The translations under genes and the position numbers were made by a program. The notes below the pieces were generated by a model. The model saw only the letters and a list, made by a program, of their open reading frames with translations. It did no database searches and was not told the DNA's origin. From assembly GCA_918797485.1 (NCBI GenBank), contig CAKKNE010000001.1, forward strand, positions 124,001 through 188,000: a stretch of 64,000 nt of DNA, written 5' to 3'. Shown piece after piece: positions 22,563 to 32,079 of this stretch (its first letter is position 1; each line of letters begins with the position of its first letter). Source of the stretch: Pelagomonas calceolata. Taxonomy: Eukaryota.

Positions 22563-23495
22563 ATGGAGTGGCTCCTCTGCAACTGCGGGCTCCCCGCGGG
22601 CCTGGAGCCCGGCGCCACGGATTCGGCGCCGGAGGAGTTCGACGAGGGCCTTGAAGAGGAACGGCAAGACCGGCGCGATCGGCGCAGTAGGCGCGGCGAC
22701 GGCACTGACCGCGCCGAGCGCCGCGAGCGGCGCAGGCGGCGCGAGGGCGACCGGCGCGACGGCGTGAAGCGCGACGGGAGCAGGCGCGGCGGCGACCTGC
22801 GCGACGGCGACAAGCGCGACAAGCCGCGCCGGCGCCCCTCGAAGGAGCTCGAGAAGAGCGTGTCCTTCGAGGACGAGTCGCCCGTCGGCGTCGAGGCGCT
22901 GAACCTGCAGGACCGACACGCCGCAAAAATGACGGCCTCGAGTCCTCGCGCGAGGGAACGATGGATCACCGGGAGCTGGACGGCCACAGAAACAATCAAG
23001 GGGCCCTCTCCTTTATTGGTGGAGACGCCGCAGGCGCAACCTTCGATGAAGCCGTCCGTGAGCGACGCGATGCGCAAAAAGAAGTCGGCCCTGATGCGAG
23101 GCAATCAAAACTTCGGGCCCATAGCGCCGCCGCCGCGCTACGGCGAGCCGCCGATGTGGCAGGCGACGGCCGTCGCGGCGCCGCTGACGATCGACGGCGC
23201 GCGCAACTTCCGGGAACTTTTGCGTACGATGCGCGTCGACGATTTGCTGCGCATGGACTCGTACCGGAACTCGGCGCTGGCTTATTTCGCCTCGCGGGAC
23301 TGCGTGAAAGGATGCAATCTGGTTTTGAGGTTCGCGGACGAAAAAACTCGCGTGCTGCTCGCGGCGCGGCCGAATCTATACGGGCTCACGGCGCTCGACT
23401 ACGCGCGGCACCATCACCGTCGAGGTTCGTCGATCATGGCCGTCTTCCGCCACTACGGCGTCGAGCGCTGCGTCTACAAGCGCGAGGAGAACTAA
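22563..23495 (+). CDS. Hypothetical protein with RD-rich region and C-terminal ankyrin-like repeats
   Basis: DSYRNSALAYFAS and PNLYGLTALDYAR. Confidence 0.55.
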   Translation: MEWLLCNCGLPAGLEPGATDSAPEEFDEGLEEERQDRRDRRSRRGDGTDRAERRERRRRREGDRRDGVKRDGSRRGGDLRDGDKRDKPRRRPSKELEKSVSFEDESPVGVEALNLQDRHAAKMTASSPRARERWITGSWTATETIKGPSPLLVETPQAQPSMKPSVSDAMRKKKSALMRGNQNFGPIAPPPRYGEPPMWQATAVAAPLTIDGARNFRELLRTMRVDDLLRMDSYRNSALAYFASRDCVKGCNLVLRFADEKTRVLLAARPNLYGLTALDYARHHHRRGSSIMAVFRHYGVERCVYKREEN

Positions 23496-23930
23496 CTTTG
23501 ACTGTTATCATAAAAGTCGTCGGGCACGCCGCCCGTCACGCGGCTCACGAGCGCCGCCCAGCCCCCCAGCAGGCACAGCGCCGACACGGCCAGGCCCGGC
23601 GCCTGGGTGGCGAGGAACTCCTGGACCCAGGCCACGGTCCCGAAGCCGAGCAAACCGACGGCCACGGCGCCGCGCAGCAAATCCTGCGTGTTGTCCCGGG
23701 GCGCGACGCTCTCCTCCGCGGCTTGGTTCACGTCGACCATCTTGCGCTGCGTTTTCCTCCGTCGTGCGACCGGTCGCGGCGCCGGCCGCGGCGCCGGCGT
23801 CGGGCCGCCGTAGGGGTTCGGGTCGGGCCGCATGACGCTGCTGGTGCCGACGACGTCGGGCGGGTGGAAGGCCGATGCGGTGGTGGCGCAGAGCGCGGCG
23901 CGCCGCGGCTTTCGTTGGGGATCTCACCAT
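23492..23930 (-). CDS. Small 2-TM, probably plastid-targeted protein (frameshift in leader)
   Basis: Upstream in-frame extension reads LCATTASAFHP (ASAF-type cleavage motif); two C-terminal hydrophobic helices. Confidence 0.5.
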
Positions 23931-24339
23931 CTTTGAGGGTAGCCGAGTTTTTTGCGAGTTTTGTAGCTTGCGTGTCCTGTACTGCGGCGAGATTGCTCGC
24001 GCAGTTGGTATTTTGCGCTGTCTTGCCTTGTCTAGGCCGCGTGGCACTTTGTGTGTCGCTCAGGCCAAGATATTGCCACTACACGCTGTTTCAACGAGCG
24101 CGCGTCAATTCAGACTATGGCACCGGTCGCTGTGAGGCTGTGGACGCTGTGCCTAAGGTCAGCGGGCCCTGGAAGCTGAGTACGGAGCGAGATAAGCCCG
24201 AGCAACGTGAAAGCTCAAGTTTGCGGATTTCTAGCGGGATTATCTAGCGTATCCGAGAGTAGATCGGGAGGCCTGGGCTGACGCCGTCACCCCCGACGCC
24301 ATCGCCGCATGTCACATCAAAAGAAAATACACAACCTCA

Positions 24340-25029
24340 CTACGTTACCTTCGGCGCGCAGCTCCCGCGCCCGACGCCCGCCCAGTCCGCCGCCCGATAC
24401 ATGTTGAAGCCCGGCGGGAGCGCCTCGCTTGCAGAAGGCGCGCCCGCGAGCCACTCGTCCACAATCTCGGCATAAACGTCGTCGCGGCCGTCGTTCACGG
24501 TACCCTCGACGAAGTAGCAGCCCACCAGATCCACTTTTGCTGGAGAGAACTTGCGGTAGTACTTTAGTTTTTTGTAGATGGGTTTAGGTAACCGTCCCAG
24601 TTTCTCCCTAAATAAAGTCTCGACGTTGTAGCCTCGTAAAGTAGGTGTATCATCATGAGGTATCTTCCACACGTCCTCCAGCGCATAACGGACCCACACC
24701 AAGCCCCACCAGATCGCTCTTGGTATTTTTTGCTCCGTTTCGCCGGGCCACCGCGTCCCGCGCGAACCGTAGTCATAGATGCGGCACTCGGCGCCCGTCG
24801 CCAAATGAAACAATAAGTTGTGGTCCAGGTCCTGCAGGACGCCATAAAAATCGTTCGCTTCACATCTGGATGATTGGATTCTACAGATGTTCGTGGCGTG
24901 GTCCAGCACGGGCAGCGCCTCGATGCCATTGGTGAGGTTGATGAAATTGAGGCGTCGTTTCGCCGGCGGCGCGAGGGGCGCTACGCTCGTGGCGAGCAGT
25001 GCGACTGCGATGATGCGGCGGCGGCGCAT
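24340..25029 (-). CDS. Uncharacterised globular protein with signal peptide (FINLTNGIEAL...RIQSSRCE...DYGSR...RAIWWG)
   Basis: 229-aa ORF with hydrophobic leader and conserved-looking aromatic motifs. Confidence 0.65.
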   Translation of the reverse strand: MRRRRIIAVALLATSVAPLAPPAKRRLNFINLTNGIEALPVLDHATNICRIQSSRCEANDFYGVLQDLDHNLLFHLATGAECRIYDYGSRGTRWPGETEQKIPRAIWWGLVWVRYALEDVWKIPHDDTPTLRGYNVETLFREKLGRLPKPIYKKLKYYRKFSPAKVDLVGCYFVEGTVNDGRDDVYAEIVDEWLAGAPSASEALPPGFNMYRAADWAGVGRGSCAPKVT

Positions 25030-25193
25030 GGCTGTGATTGAGCTGCGGAGTGCAGCACTGCTCAGTGTGCGAGGGCTGTCACTGCAGCAACCTAGCGCAG
25101 CGTGTCGCAGCAAGACAGTGGCTCTCCTGGACTGTAAAAGAGATGGCAAACGGCCGAATTTGGCGCGTTCTCGCATCGGGGCCGTAGCACCGA

Positions 25194-25217
25194 GCTAGCG
25201 GGTTGTAAGACACTAGC
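25194..25217. promoter_or_regulatory. CTAG-dyad intergenic motif
   Basis: GCTAGCGGGTTGTAAGACACTAGC between divergent genes. Confidence 0.65.
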
Positions 25218-25457
25218 AGCAGCGTTTTTGCAAGTCTGAGGCTGGCTGGCTGATTGCCACCGTCACTGCAGCTTATCAAGGACTTGGATTTGATCATTGG
25301 ACGTCGCGTTCTGGCCTAGACGCAAGCCTTTCGCGCGAGACAACACCATCTACCCCACGCGCTCTGCACGCTCTCCCAGCCGCACGCCTGCATGAGCCTC
25401 CTGCGCTTTCACACCTCATCCCTAAGCGACACCACTGTCGCCGCGCCCGCGAAAAAG

Positions 25458-25872
25458 ATGGATCCGGCAACAAAATACGTTTTGATCGTCGCCCTCTTCC
25501 TCGCGGCCGGCGTCCTCGAAATCGGCGCCCGCCCGCGCGGAAATCAAAATCCACGACGCCATCGACGCGACTGATGGATTTGCAGGTGGCGGTTGGATGT
25601 GGTGGCAGGCCCTGCGGGAGGGCAAGCCGTGGTGGTACGCGGTCATCGGGAGCGCGATGCTCTGCCTCTACGGCGTCGTGCCGACGTTCCAGCCGCAGAC
25701 GGCCGGCACGGAGGACTTCGGACGCGTCTACGCGGCCTACGGCTGCTGGTTCATTTTGCTGTCGCTGGCCTGGGGCTGGGCCGTCGACGGCAACCGGCCC
25801 GACGCCGGCGACGGCATCGGGGCAGGGTTAGCAGCTGTCGGCGCGGTCGTCATCACGTTCTATCCACGCTAG
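25458..25872 (+). CDS. YnfA/UPF0060 (SMR-like) 4-TM membrane protein; GC-AG intron 25525-25585
   Basis: Splicing gives LFLAAGVLEIGGGWMWWQALREGK...FGRVYAAYG...SLAWGWAVDGNRPD...ITFYPR, matching the YnfA pattern throughout. Confidence 0.85.
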
Positions 25873-25906
25873 TAACTACAAGAAACCATATTATGAGCTA
25901 GCCAAA

Positions 25907-25956
25907 GCAGCAGTCGGGCCCCACACCCTTAAGTGAGAGACCGTCACGGGAGCCGC
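25907..25956 (-). promoter_or_regulatory. Candidate SECIS element in the 3' UTR of the DsbA-like gene
   Basis: Minus strand reads GCGGC-tccc-GUGA-C-GGUCUCUCAC-UUAAGG-GUGUGGGGCC-C-GA-cu-GCUGC: helix I, GUGA/GA core, helix II and an apical AA. The apical loop is shorter than canonical. Confidence 0.55.
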
Positions 25957-26951
25957 TAGGGCCATTTTGATGAGTCCATGCCCGACGGCTCGACGACGCG
26001 GAAGTTCGTGCCCGTCGCGAGGAGCTCCGCTAAAACGGCGCCGACGACGGCGTAGGGCTGCGCGCCCTCCAGGGGAAATTTTTCGTCGAGCACGACGACG
26101 GGCGACGCAACTACCCCTCTTGTAAGACATTCGCCCAATCGTAACGCGACGTCCGACCCTCCGCGAGGGGACACGAGGAAGCGCGCCATGTCGTCGTCCC
26201 TTTCACTTTTAGCTAAACCAGCCGCGAAGGCGCAGTCGTTGAGCACGGCAAGATCAGATAACGGCTGGCCCTTGGCGTGGCAGGCCTCGAGGAGCGCTTC
26301 CAGCACGTCCAACGACTTACCTGACTTCTCGGCGAACCAGAGTAGCCGTTGGGCGTCGAAGGGGTTGCCCACTTTCCCGTCCCGCGTCAACGTCAAGCCT
26401 TCCTCGGCGTAGACCTCCTGCAGCCGAGCCCAGACATCATCCCCTTTCGTGCCGTGCGCTCTGGAAATTTCGTCGTAGGCCGCCCTCCGGTCGTGAGCGT
26501 CCTCTCCTCGTTTGAAGTGCATATACGCCTGCATCGGGAAGATTGATACGTCGAATCGGTCCGCGGCGCCCATGGCGGCGATGGCCTTCCGGAGGCGCTT
26601 CAAACAGGGCCAGGTCCAGAGTCAGTTCGGGTCGCACAATAATTCAATGGAGTACTTGGCCTTGAGGGGCGCGAGCTCGGGCGCGACGGCGGGCGTCGGG
26701 GCGTCGCGCACCGTCGGCAGCTCCCTCGGCGGTGCTGCCGGCTCGGTCGGGGCCCGGCGCCCTTTGCTGGCGCTTCTTGGCCTGGGGACCACCTTGCTGG
26801 CGCTGCTCGGCGCCTCGGGGAGCTTGCGGACCACCTTCGGCAACGAGGGGTGCCGCCGTTCGTTGCCGATGGTGAGCTTCGCCAGGGGGTCGTCGTCGTC
26901 GTCGTCGAAGGCGGCCCACTTGGCGTAGTCCGTGCCGCCGCGGCGGGCCAT
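25956..26951 (-). CDS. DsbA/FrnE-like (DSBA) thioredoxin-fold oxidoreductase, probable selenoprotein (in-frame TGA at 26624-26622)
   Basis: ORFs 26622-26951 and 25956-26603 are in frame, giving YSIELLCDPN-U-LWTWPCLKRL; also GNPFDAQRLLWFA and GVVASPVVVLDEKFPLEGAQP (DSBA C-terminus). Confidence 0.82.
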
Positions 26952-27109
26952 TCTGTGTTACTGTCCTATTGTGCTCTTTTTTGAGCTGCCCTGGGGCGAC
27001 GCGTCGATGGCGTGCCCCTGACTGTGCGTGGGCTGCCCTACGCCAGTCCTCGCGGGAATAGGGCAACCATTTGGCCCCCAACCAGGCCAACGCCGGAACA
27101 AGACGATTC

Positions 27110-27132
27110 GCTAGTATCTTAATGCCGCTAGC
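27110..27132. promoter_or_regulatory. CTAG-dyad intergenic motif
   Basis: GCTAGTATCTTAATGCCGCTAGC between divergent genes. Confidence 0.6.
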
Positions 27133-27331
27133 TAACACTGCGAAAAAAGCGTAGCGGTCCGACCGCGGCAACCACGGGCCGCTGAGACGCATTGGTCGCT
27201 GCAGAGGAGCCCACTGCTCTGCTTGAGCGCACGGTGTGTCAAACCGGCAGTCCCGAGGCGCCACCGAGCTACAGAGAGCAGAGGCCCTGACAACTCATCG
27301 AAGCCGCGGGACGCCGCGCCACAAGGAAAAC

Positions 27332-28191
27332 ATGGACGCGACGACGCAGCAGCCGACGGACTCGTCGCCGCCGCCGCCCCCACCTCCGAAAAAGTCCTCG
27401 CACCCTTCATTGTCCGACCTAGCTTCATCAATAGCGTCGAAGCTGTCGCTTTCCTCCTCGAAGCCGCCGCCGCCGCCGCCGCCGCGGCCCCCACGAAGCC
27501 CGCCCATGAAGCGGCCGCCCGAATCGCCTGTAGCTAGACTCCTGGCAAAGTCCCACATCCTCGACGACGCACTCGCGGCGGCCCTATCGAACAAGCTCCC
27601 GGACACGCTGAAAGGCTACAACCTCAAACTACTGTACAGTCTCCAGCAGCACGGCGCGGACCCCGGGACCTTCTACGCCCGATGTCAATTCGACCACCGG
27701 ACACTCATAGCGATACAAACGACGCGAGGCGAAGTGTTTGGCGGCTACATGACCATGCCCTGGCGGCCGTCGGAAGAGTATTACGGGACTGGGCAGTCAT
27801 TCTTGTGGCGAAAAACGAACAAATGCGACATCAAGAGGCCTGGATCTCTCTTGAGAGGCTTCTCGTCGTCCCCGCGCCAGAAACGTATCACGAATGTGGA
27901 AGTGTACGGCTGGACGGGCAATATTCCTACTTCGCGCTCTGCTCCGATAGAAGTGTCGCGATGGGCGGCGGCGGGTCGTTCGGGTTTCTGGTGGAGGAGG
28001 ATTTTTCAAGAGGCACGTCGGGCACGTCGGAAACATACAACAACCCGCAACTCTCGTCAGCACCGGATTTCGAGGTCGTGAACTTCGAGTGCTGGGGGTT
28101 TACGACGTGTGCGACCGTCGAGGAGTTGTCGCGGGAGTCGCCTCTGCGCGCTCGGCCCGTCGTCAAGGCCCAGGCGCAGCTGCGGCGGTGA
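27332..28191 (+). CDS. TLDc-domain protein (OXR1/NCOA7-like); frameshift near 27920
   Basis: LLYSLQQHGA...FY, GEVFGGY, YYGTGQSFLW, AMGGGGSFG, SETYNNPQL, FECWGF. Confidence 0.88.
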
Positions 28192-28912
28192 CGGCGTCGA
28201 CCTCCGCGCCGTCGACGCGACGTCTGTTGTCGCCGCGCACGACCACGGACGCGCCGCCGGTGCCGCGACACGTGCCGCCGCGTCGATGGCGGGGGCGCAA
28301 AAAGCACCGGTCTAGTGGCGTTGTTACGAAAAACGGCGAGCGGCGATCGTGGTCATGGTCTTCGGAGTTTCGGCGCGAGGCGGTTCGACGACGTGGCTTG
28401 CAGCACCAGCAATGCCCACATAACCCTTTGGCTATCAAAACGTCGGGACCATCAACAAACAGCCCCCCAGCGTACAACGTCAGGGGCAGCGCGTGCCAGA
28501 AAATATGGAAAAGCACCCAGTCGTCCGCTCTACATTTGTGGTTGCGATACAAGGCGAGCGCGAAGCACGACACGGAAAACCCCGCGCTCCGCCGGAAGGC
28601 CGGCAGCGCGCCGTAGAGCTTCATCGCCCACAACGACACGAGGGGCGCCAATACTAAATCCGGCCAGTAGTTGTGCCCTCGTCCCAACAGATGGACGTCG
28701 CCCATGTACGACGCGTAGGACTGCAACGGTCCAATACACGCATGTATTAACGCCTCCGTGCTCATCTCGTCGCGTCTGTACAACAGCGAGAGTACCGTGA
28801 AGACCGCAAAGGTGCCGCAACTCAGCCGGTAGGCGTCGCTGCGGAGCGCGGCGGCGTAGGGGCCGTCGACGGCGTGTTTTACTGTCACAAGCTTCGGCGG
28901 GGCGCGGCACAT
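28163..28912 (-). CDS. Multi-pass membrane protein; true 3' end uncertain (probably near 28400)
   Basis: Several hydrophobic segments and a FHIFWH motif; promoter dyad 175 bp upstream. Confidence 0.5.
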   Translation of the reverse strand: MCRAPPKLVTVKHAVDGPYAAALRSDAYRLSCGTFAVFTVLSLLYRRDEMSTEALIHACIGPLQSYASYMGDVHLLGRGHNYWPDLVLAPLVSLWAMKLYGALPAFRRSAGFSVSCFALALYRNHKCRADDWVLFHIFWHALPLTLYAGGLFVDGPDVLIAKGLCGHCWCCKPRRRTASRRNSEDHDHDRRSPFFVTTPLDRCFLRPRHRRGGTCRGTGGASVVVRGDNRRRVDGAEVDAVTAAAAPGP

Positions 28913-29086
28913 CCTTGCCCTGCTTGCCCTCCTGGCTTGTGAGGCTACGGATGCAACTGCGTTTCGCCCGTCCTAGCACAGACCAAGCACGTTGTAGAGA
29001 TGATAAATCCAAAGCGCTGCTCGCGAACTTACGCTCGGGTGCTAGAAACCAGGGCGCAACGTGGTGCCGCAGCGCCCCGTAATTAT

Positions 29087-29105
29087 CTAGCGACTGACAT
29101 ACTAG
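29087..29105. promoter_or_regulatory. CTAG-dyad intergenic motif (degenerate)
   Basis: CTAGCGACTGACATACTAG upstream of the minus-strand gene at 28912. Confidence 0.45.
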
Positions 29106-29172
29106 GATTCGCGGGACGCCGTGGCGACGCCACCGCCCGCCGCGTGGCCCTATATAGAGATAAACTTGTGAC

Positions 29173-30546
29173 TTATGCACTCTTCTTCCGCCGAGCTTTC
29201 GCGTTCGCGGCGGCGCGCGGCTTCGCGGCGGCCGCCGGCTTCGCGGACCTCTTCGCAGCAGTCGCCTTCTTCGCCGGCTTGGCGGCCTGCTTGGCCACCG
29301 ATGGCTTCCGGGCCGCCGGCTTGGCCGGCTTCGACGACGGCTTGGCTGCTGGCTTCCGCGCCGACGGCTTTTTCGCGGGCGACTTCTTCGGCCGGCAGAT
29401 CAGGTCGGCGTCGTCTTCCGGATCCGCCGGCGCCGGCGGCGGCGTCGCGGCCTGCTTCGCGACCGTCGCCTTCCGGACGGGCTTCTTCGAGGCGGGTTTT
29501 GGAGGCGTCCCGCCCTTCTTCGCCGCGACGCGGGCCTTGCGCGCCTCGCGCGCCTCCTTCGCCGCCCGCTTCTCGTCGTCCCGAAACGCGTCCATTTCCT
29601 CGACAACGGCCGCGGGCAGCGCGCTTCGAAACGCCGGCAGCTCCGCCGCGAACAGCACGGCGTGCGCCCAGCCCGCCGTCGGACCGAAGCGGTCCCGGAA
29701 CAAGTCGCCGACGCGCTCATATACTGTTGGAGTGATCGACGCGACGTCCTCCAAGGTCGCATCGTAGTCTCGCCGCGCGATCCGCCAGACGTGCGTGTCG
29801 ACGGGGATGCACGCTGCTTGGTCCAAGGAGAATAGAGCTACGCAGTCCGCGACCTTCGGGCCCACGCCACTGCATTCCAGTAAAGCTTCCTTACATTCCT
29901 GCCGCGTCTTCGTCCTTAATCCTTCCAGAAAACCAGGACCCTTTTCAGCAATAGTCTTGCACGTGTTGATGACGTAGGGCGCCCGATACCCGAACCCGAG
30001 GTCCCGCAGGACCTTATCGTCTATGTCACATAGCTTGTCAGGAGAAGGAAACGTATGTAATATGATAGATTCACCATCATCGAGCGACGGCAGCTCCACC
30101 TTCGTACCGAACGCTTCCCGTAATCGTGTTAACATCAGCGTGATGCGCGCGATGTTATTATTCGAGCTGCAAATGAAGGAAATCAGACACTCGAAAGGAT
30201 CTTGCCTCAGGATGCGCACGCCGCGGACGGCGGGCGCTACGGCGGCAAACCGCTCGTCCGACGCCGACCAGCCCGCATACAACTCCTCGAAGGACGTGGA
30301 CACGCGGAAGTAGTCGTCTAACCTACGTTTCGCCTCGGCCTCGCGATCGGCGGCCGCGCGCCACTCGCAGCATTTCGTGGACGGATGCTCGCGGACCGCG
30401 ACGGCCGCATCACCTAACACGCCATGGTACTCGTCTCCATTTCTCCGCCAGCCGAACGCCTGCCCCGTCGGCAGCGTGTGCGCCAGCTTTAGTTCTCCGG
30501 CGGACAGGCCGAGGGACCGCCAGGGCGTCGAGGGGGGACGGACCAT
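29173..30546 (-). CDS. OGG1: 8-oxoguanine DNA glycosylase/AP lyase with Lys/Ala/Pro-rich tail
   Basis: TLPTGQAFGW, LRQDPFECLISFICSSNNNIARI, LGFGYRA, HhH GVGPKVADC, PVDTHVWRIA, AGWAHAVLF. Confidence 0.95.
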   Translation of the reverse strand: MVRPPSTPWRSLGLSAGELKLAHTLPTGQAFGWRRNGDEYHGVLGDAAVAVREHPSTKCCEWRAAADREAEAKRRLDDYFRVSTSFEELYAGWSASDERFAAVAPAVRGVRILRQDPFECLISFICSSNNNIARITLMLTRLREAFGTKVELPSLDDGESIILHTFPSPDKLCDIDDKVLRDLGFGYRAPYVINTCKTIAEKGPGFLEGLRTKTRQECKEALLECSGVGPKVADCVALFSLDQAACIPVDTHVWRIARRDYDATLEDVASITPTVYERVGDLFRDRFGPTAGWAHAVLFAAELPAFRSALPAAVVEEMDAFRDDEKRAAKEAREARKARVAAKKGGTPPKPASKKPVRKATVAKQAATPPPAPADPEDDADLICRPKKSPAKKPSARKPAAKPSSKPAKPAARKPSVAKQAAKPAKKATAAKRSAKPAAAAKPRAAANAKARRKKSA

Positions 30547-30963
30547 TGTTGCTCTTGGCGTCGCTGTGCCGCGCGCGAGTCCTGGGGCCGCGGAGGCGGC
30601 TTTCTTCACACGTTGCGCGGTGCGGCGGGCACAGTGCCACAGATCAGGTCCTGGCGTGTTTTGCTGATTGCTTCGCGCCGGGCGCGGTGGCGACCAAAGG
30701 GAGCCACAGGAGTTGAGTTCCCGGTGCTCGTCAGCCGCCTGCGGAGTGCGTACGTGTAGACTTTTGATGCAGGCGAGCTATCAGGCAGCCAAAAACTGCG
30801 AGAGGCTGGAGGTGAGAGCAGCAGCAAAATCAGACCTTGTGCGCGCCAACTAAGCAGTGGTGGGAAGAATCGCTCGTCGCACGGCTTCACTCGGATCCGA
30901 ACTCGACCGCTAAGCCGTTCACGCGCTGCGCCAGCCCGCGCAAGGCGCGCCAGAGGCCATCAA

Positions 30964-32052
30964 ATGAGGATGCAAGCTACACTGCTGCTCGCCGCCGCGT
31001 TGCAGACGACGGCCCTCGTCGCGCCGCCGCCGCGACGACCACGCGCATGCATCCTACAATCGTCGCCCTCGGACCGCTTCGGGAGCTTACCAAAAGCCCA
31101 GCAGTACGAAGCTTTACTACTCGCCGCGCTGAGCGGCCAGCAGCGCGATATTGATATCGCGCTGCAACTCATCGAGGAGATGGCCGCGACGAACGTGGGC
31201 AAGGTGCCCGCGAAGGTCGTAGGCGCGTTGGTCGACGCCGCGGTAGCCACCAAAGACGCGCGAAGGGTCGATGCTGTCCTAACGGTAGCGAAGCGTTCGG
31301 GCGGCGCGCGGAGTTATGGGTCTGCCGCGGGTTCGCCAAAACTGCCTCCCTCTTCTCCACAAGCGTTCCAGAGCTCTCTCCAACAATGTCCGGAGCTGCC
31401 GACGGACGATCGAGCCACGGAGACGGCGGCTGCTCTAGCGGCTCTCGCTTGCGTGGGTTTCCCCGCGTTGGCCGAAGTCGCGGCGTCCATCACGGGCGGC
31501 GACGCGCCCGGGCCGGCCACCTTCACATTGGTTGCGGACGCGGCGGCCTTCGGCGCCGACGCCTATTTGTTGGGCGGCGAGATCGCGAAGAAGGCGGGTG
31601 CCGGCGTCGATCGGTTACTGGCCAGGGACGCGAGGAGGGAGGCGGAATGTGAGGCGGCCTCTTTTGACCTGGGGTATAGGTTAGGGTTGCCCTGCTTCGC
31701 GTTTTCGCCTACTGCTGTCGAAGCGGCCAACGCCGCTGTTGTGGATGGGAGCGTGGACGAGAATCGCGTTCGCGCGCTACTCGTGTGGCTCTGCGCGCCC
31801 GTCGCGTGTGAACGGAGGAAGCACCGCAAGCTCCTAGCGTCGGACCCGCGCCAGGCCGTGGCGTTTTTAACCCTCTTACGGGGCCGCGGGCAGTTCACGG
31901 ACGTGAACAGCAACGAGGACAACGCGCGCTGGGCTTTGGGCGACGCGGCGCGCTTGCTCGAGTCGCGGACGCGGTCCGTCGAGGAGCTCGCGGACTTCTT
32001 CGAGTCCGGCGTGGCGACGGCGGGCGACGTCGTGGCGCGGCTCGAGCGCTGA
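30964..32052 (+). CDS. Probable plastid-targeted protein, degenerate M41/FtsH-protease-like domain
   Basis: Signal peptide plus transit-like leader; REAECEAASFDLGYRLGLP resembles R..HEAGHFL..YLLG.P with the zinc ligands lost. Confidence 0.55.
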   Translation: MRMQATLLLAAALQTTALVAPPPRRPRACILQSSPSDRFGSLPKAQQYEALLLAALSGQQRDIDIALQLIEEMAATNVGKVPAKVVGALVDAAVATKDARRVDAVLTVAKRSGGARSYGSAAGSPKLPPSSPQAFQSSLQQCPELPTDDRATETAAALAALACVGFPALAEVAASITGGDAPGPATFTLVADAAAFGADAYLLGGEIAKKAGAGVDRLLARDARREAECEAASFDLGYRLGLPCFAFSPTAVEAANAAVVDGSVDENRVRALLVWLCAPVACERRKHRKLLASDPRQAVAFLTLLRGRGQFTDVNSNEDNARWALGDAARLLESRTRSVEELADFFESGVATAGDVVARLER

Positions 32053-32079
32053 TGTAGGTTCCTAAGAATCGAAATATCG

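Noticed and set aside
24231..24248. CTAGCGGGATTATCTAG (and partial matches at ~32702 and ~59355) as further promoter dyads
   Set aside because: Spacer too short or second half-site/ACAC core missing; not counted among the 14 copies.
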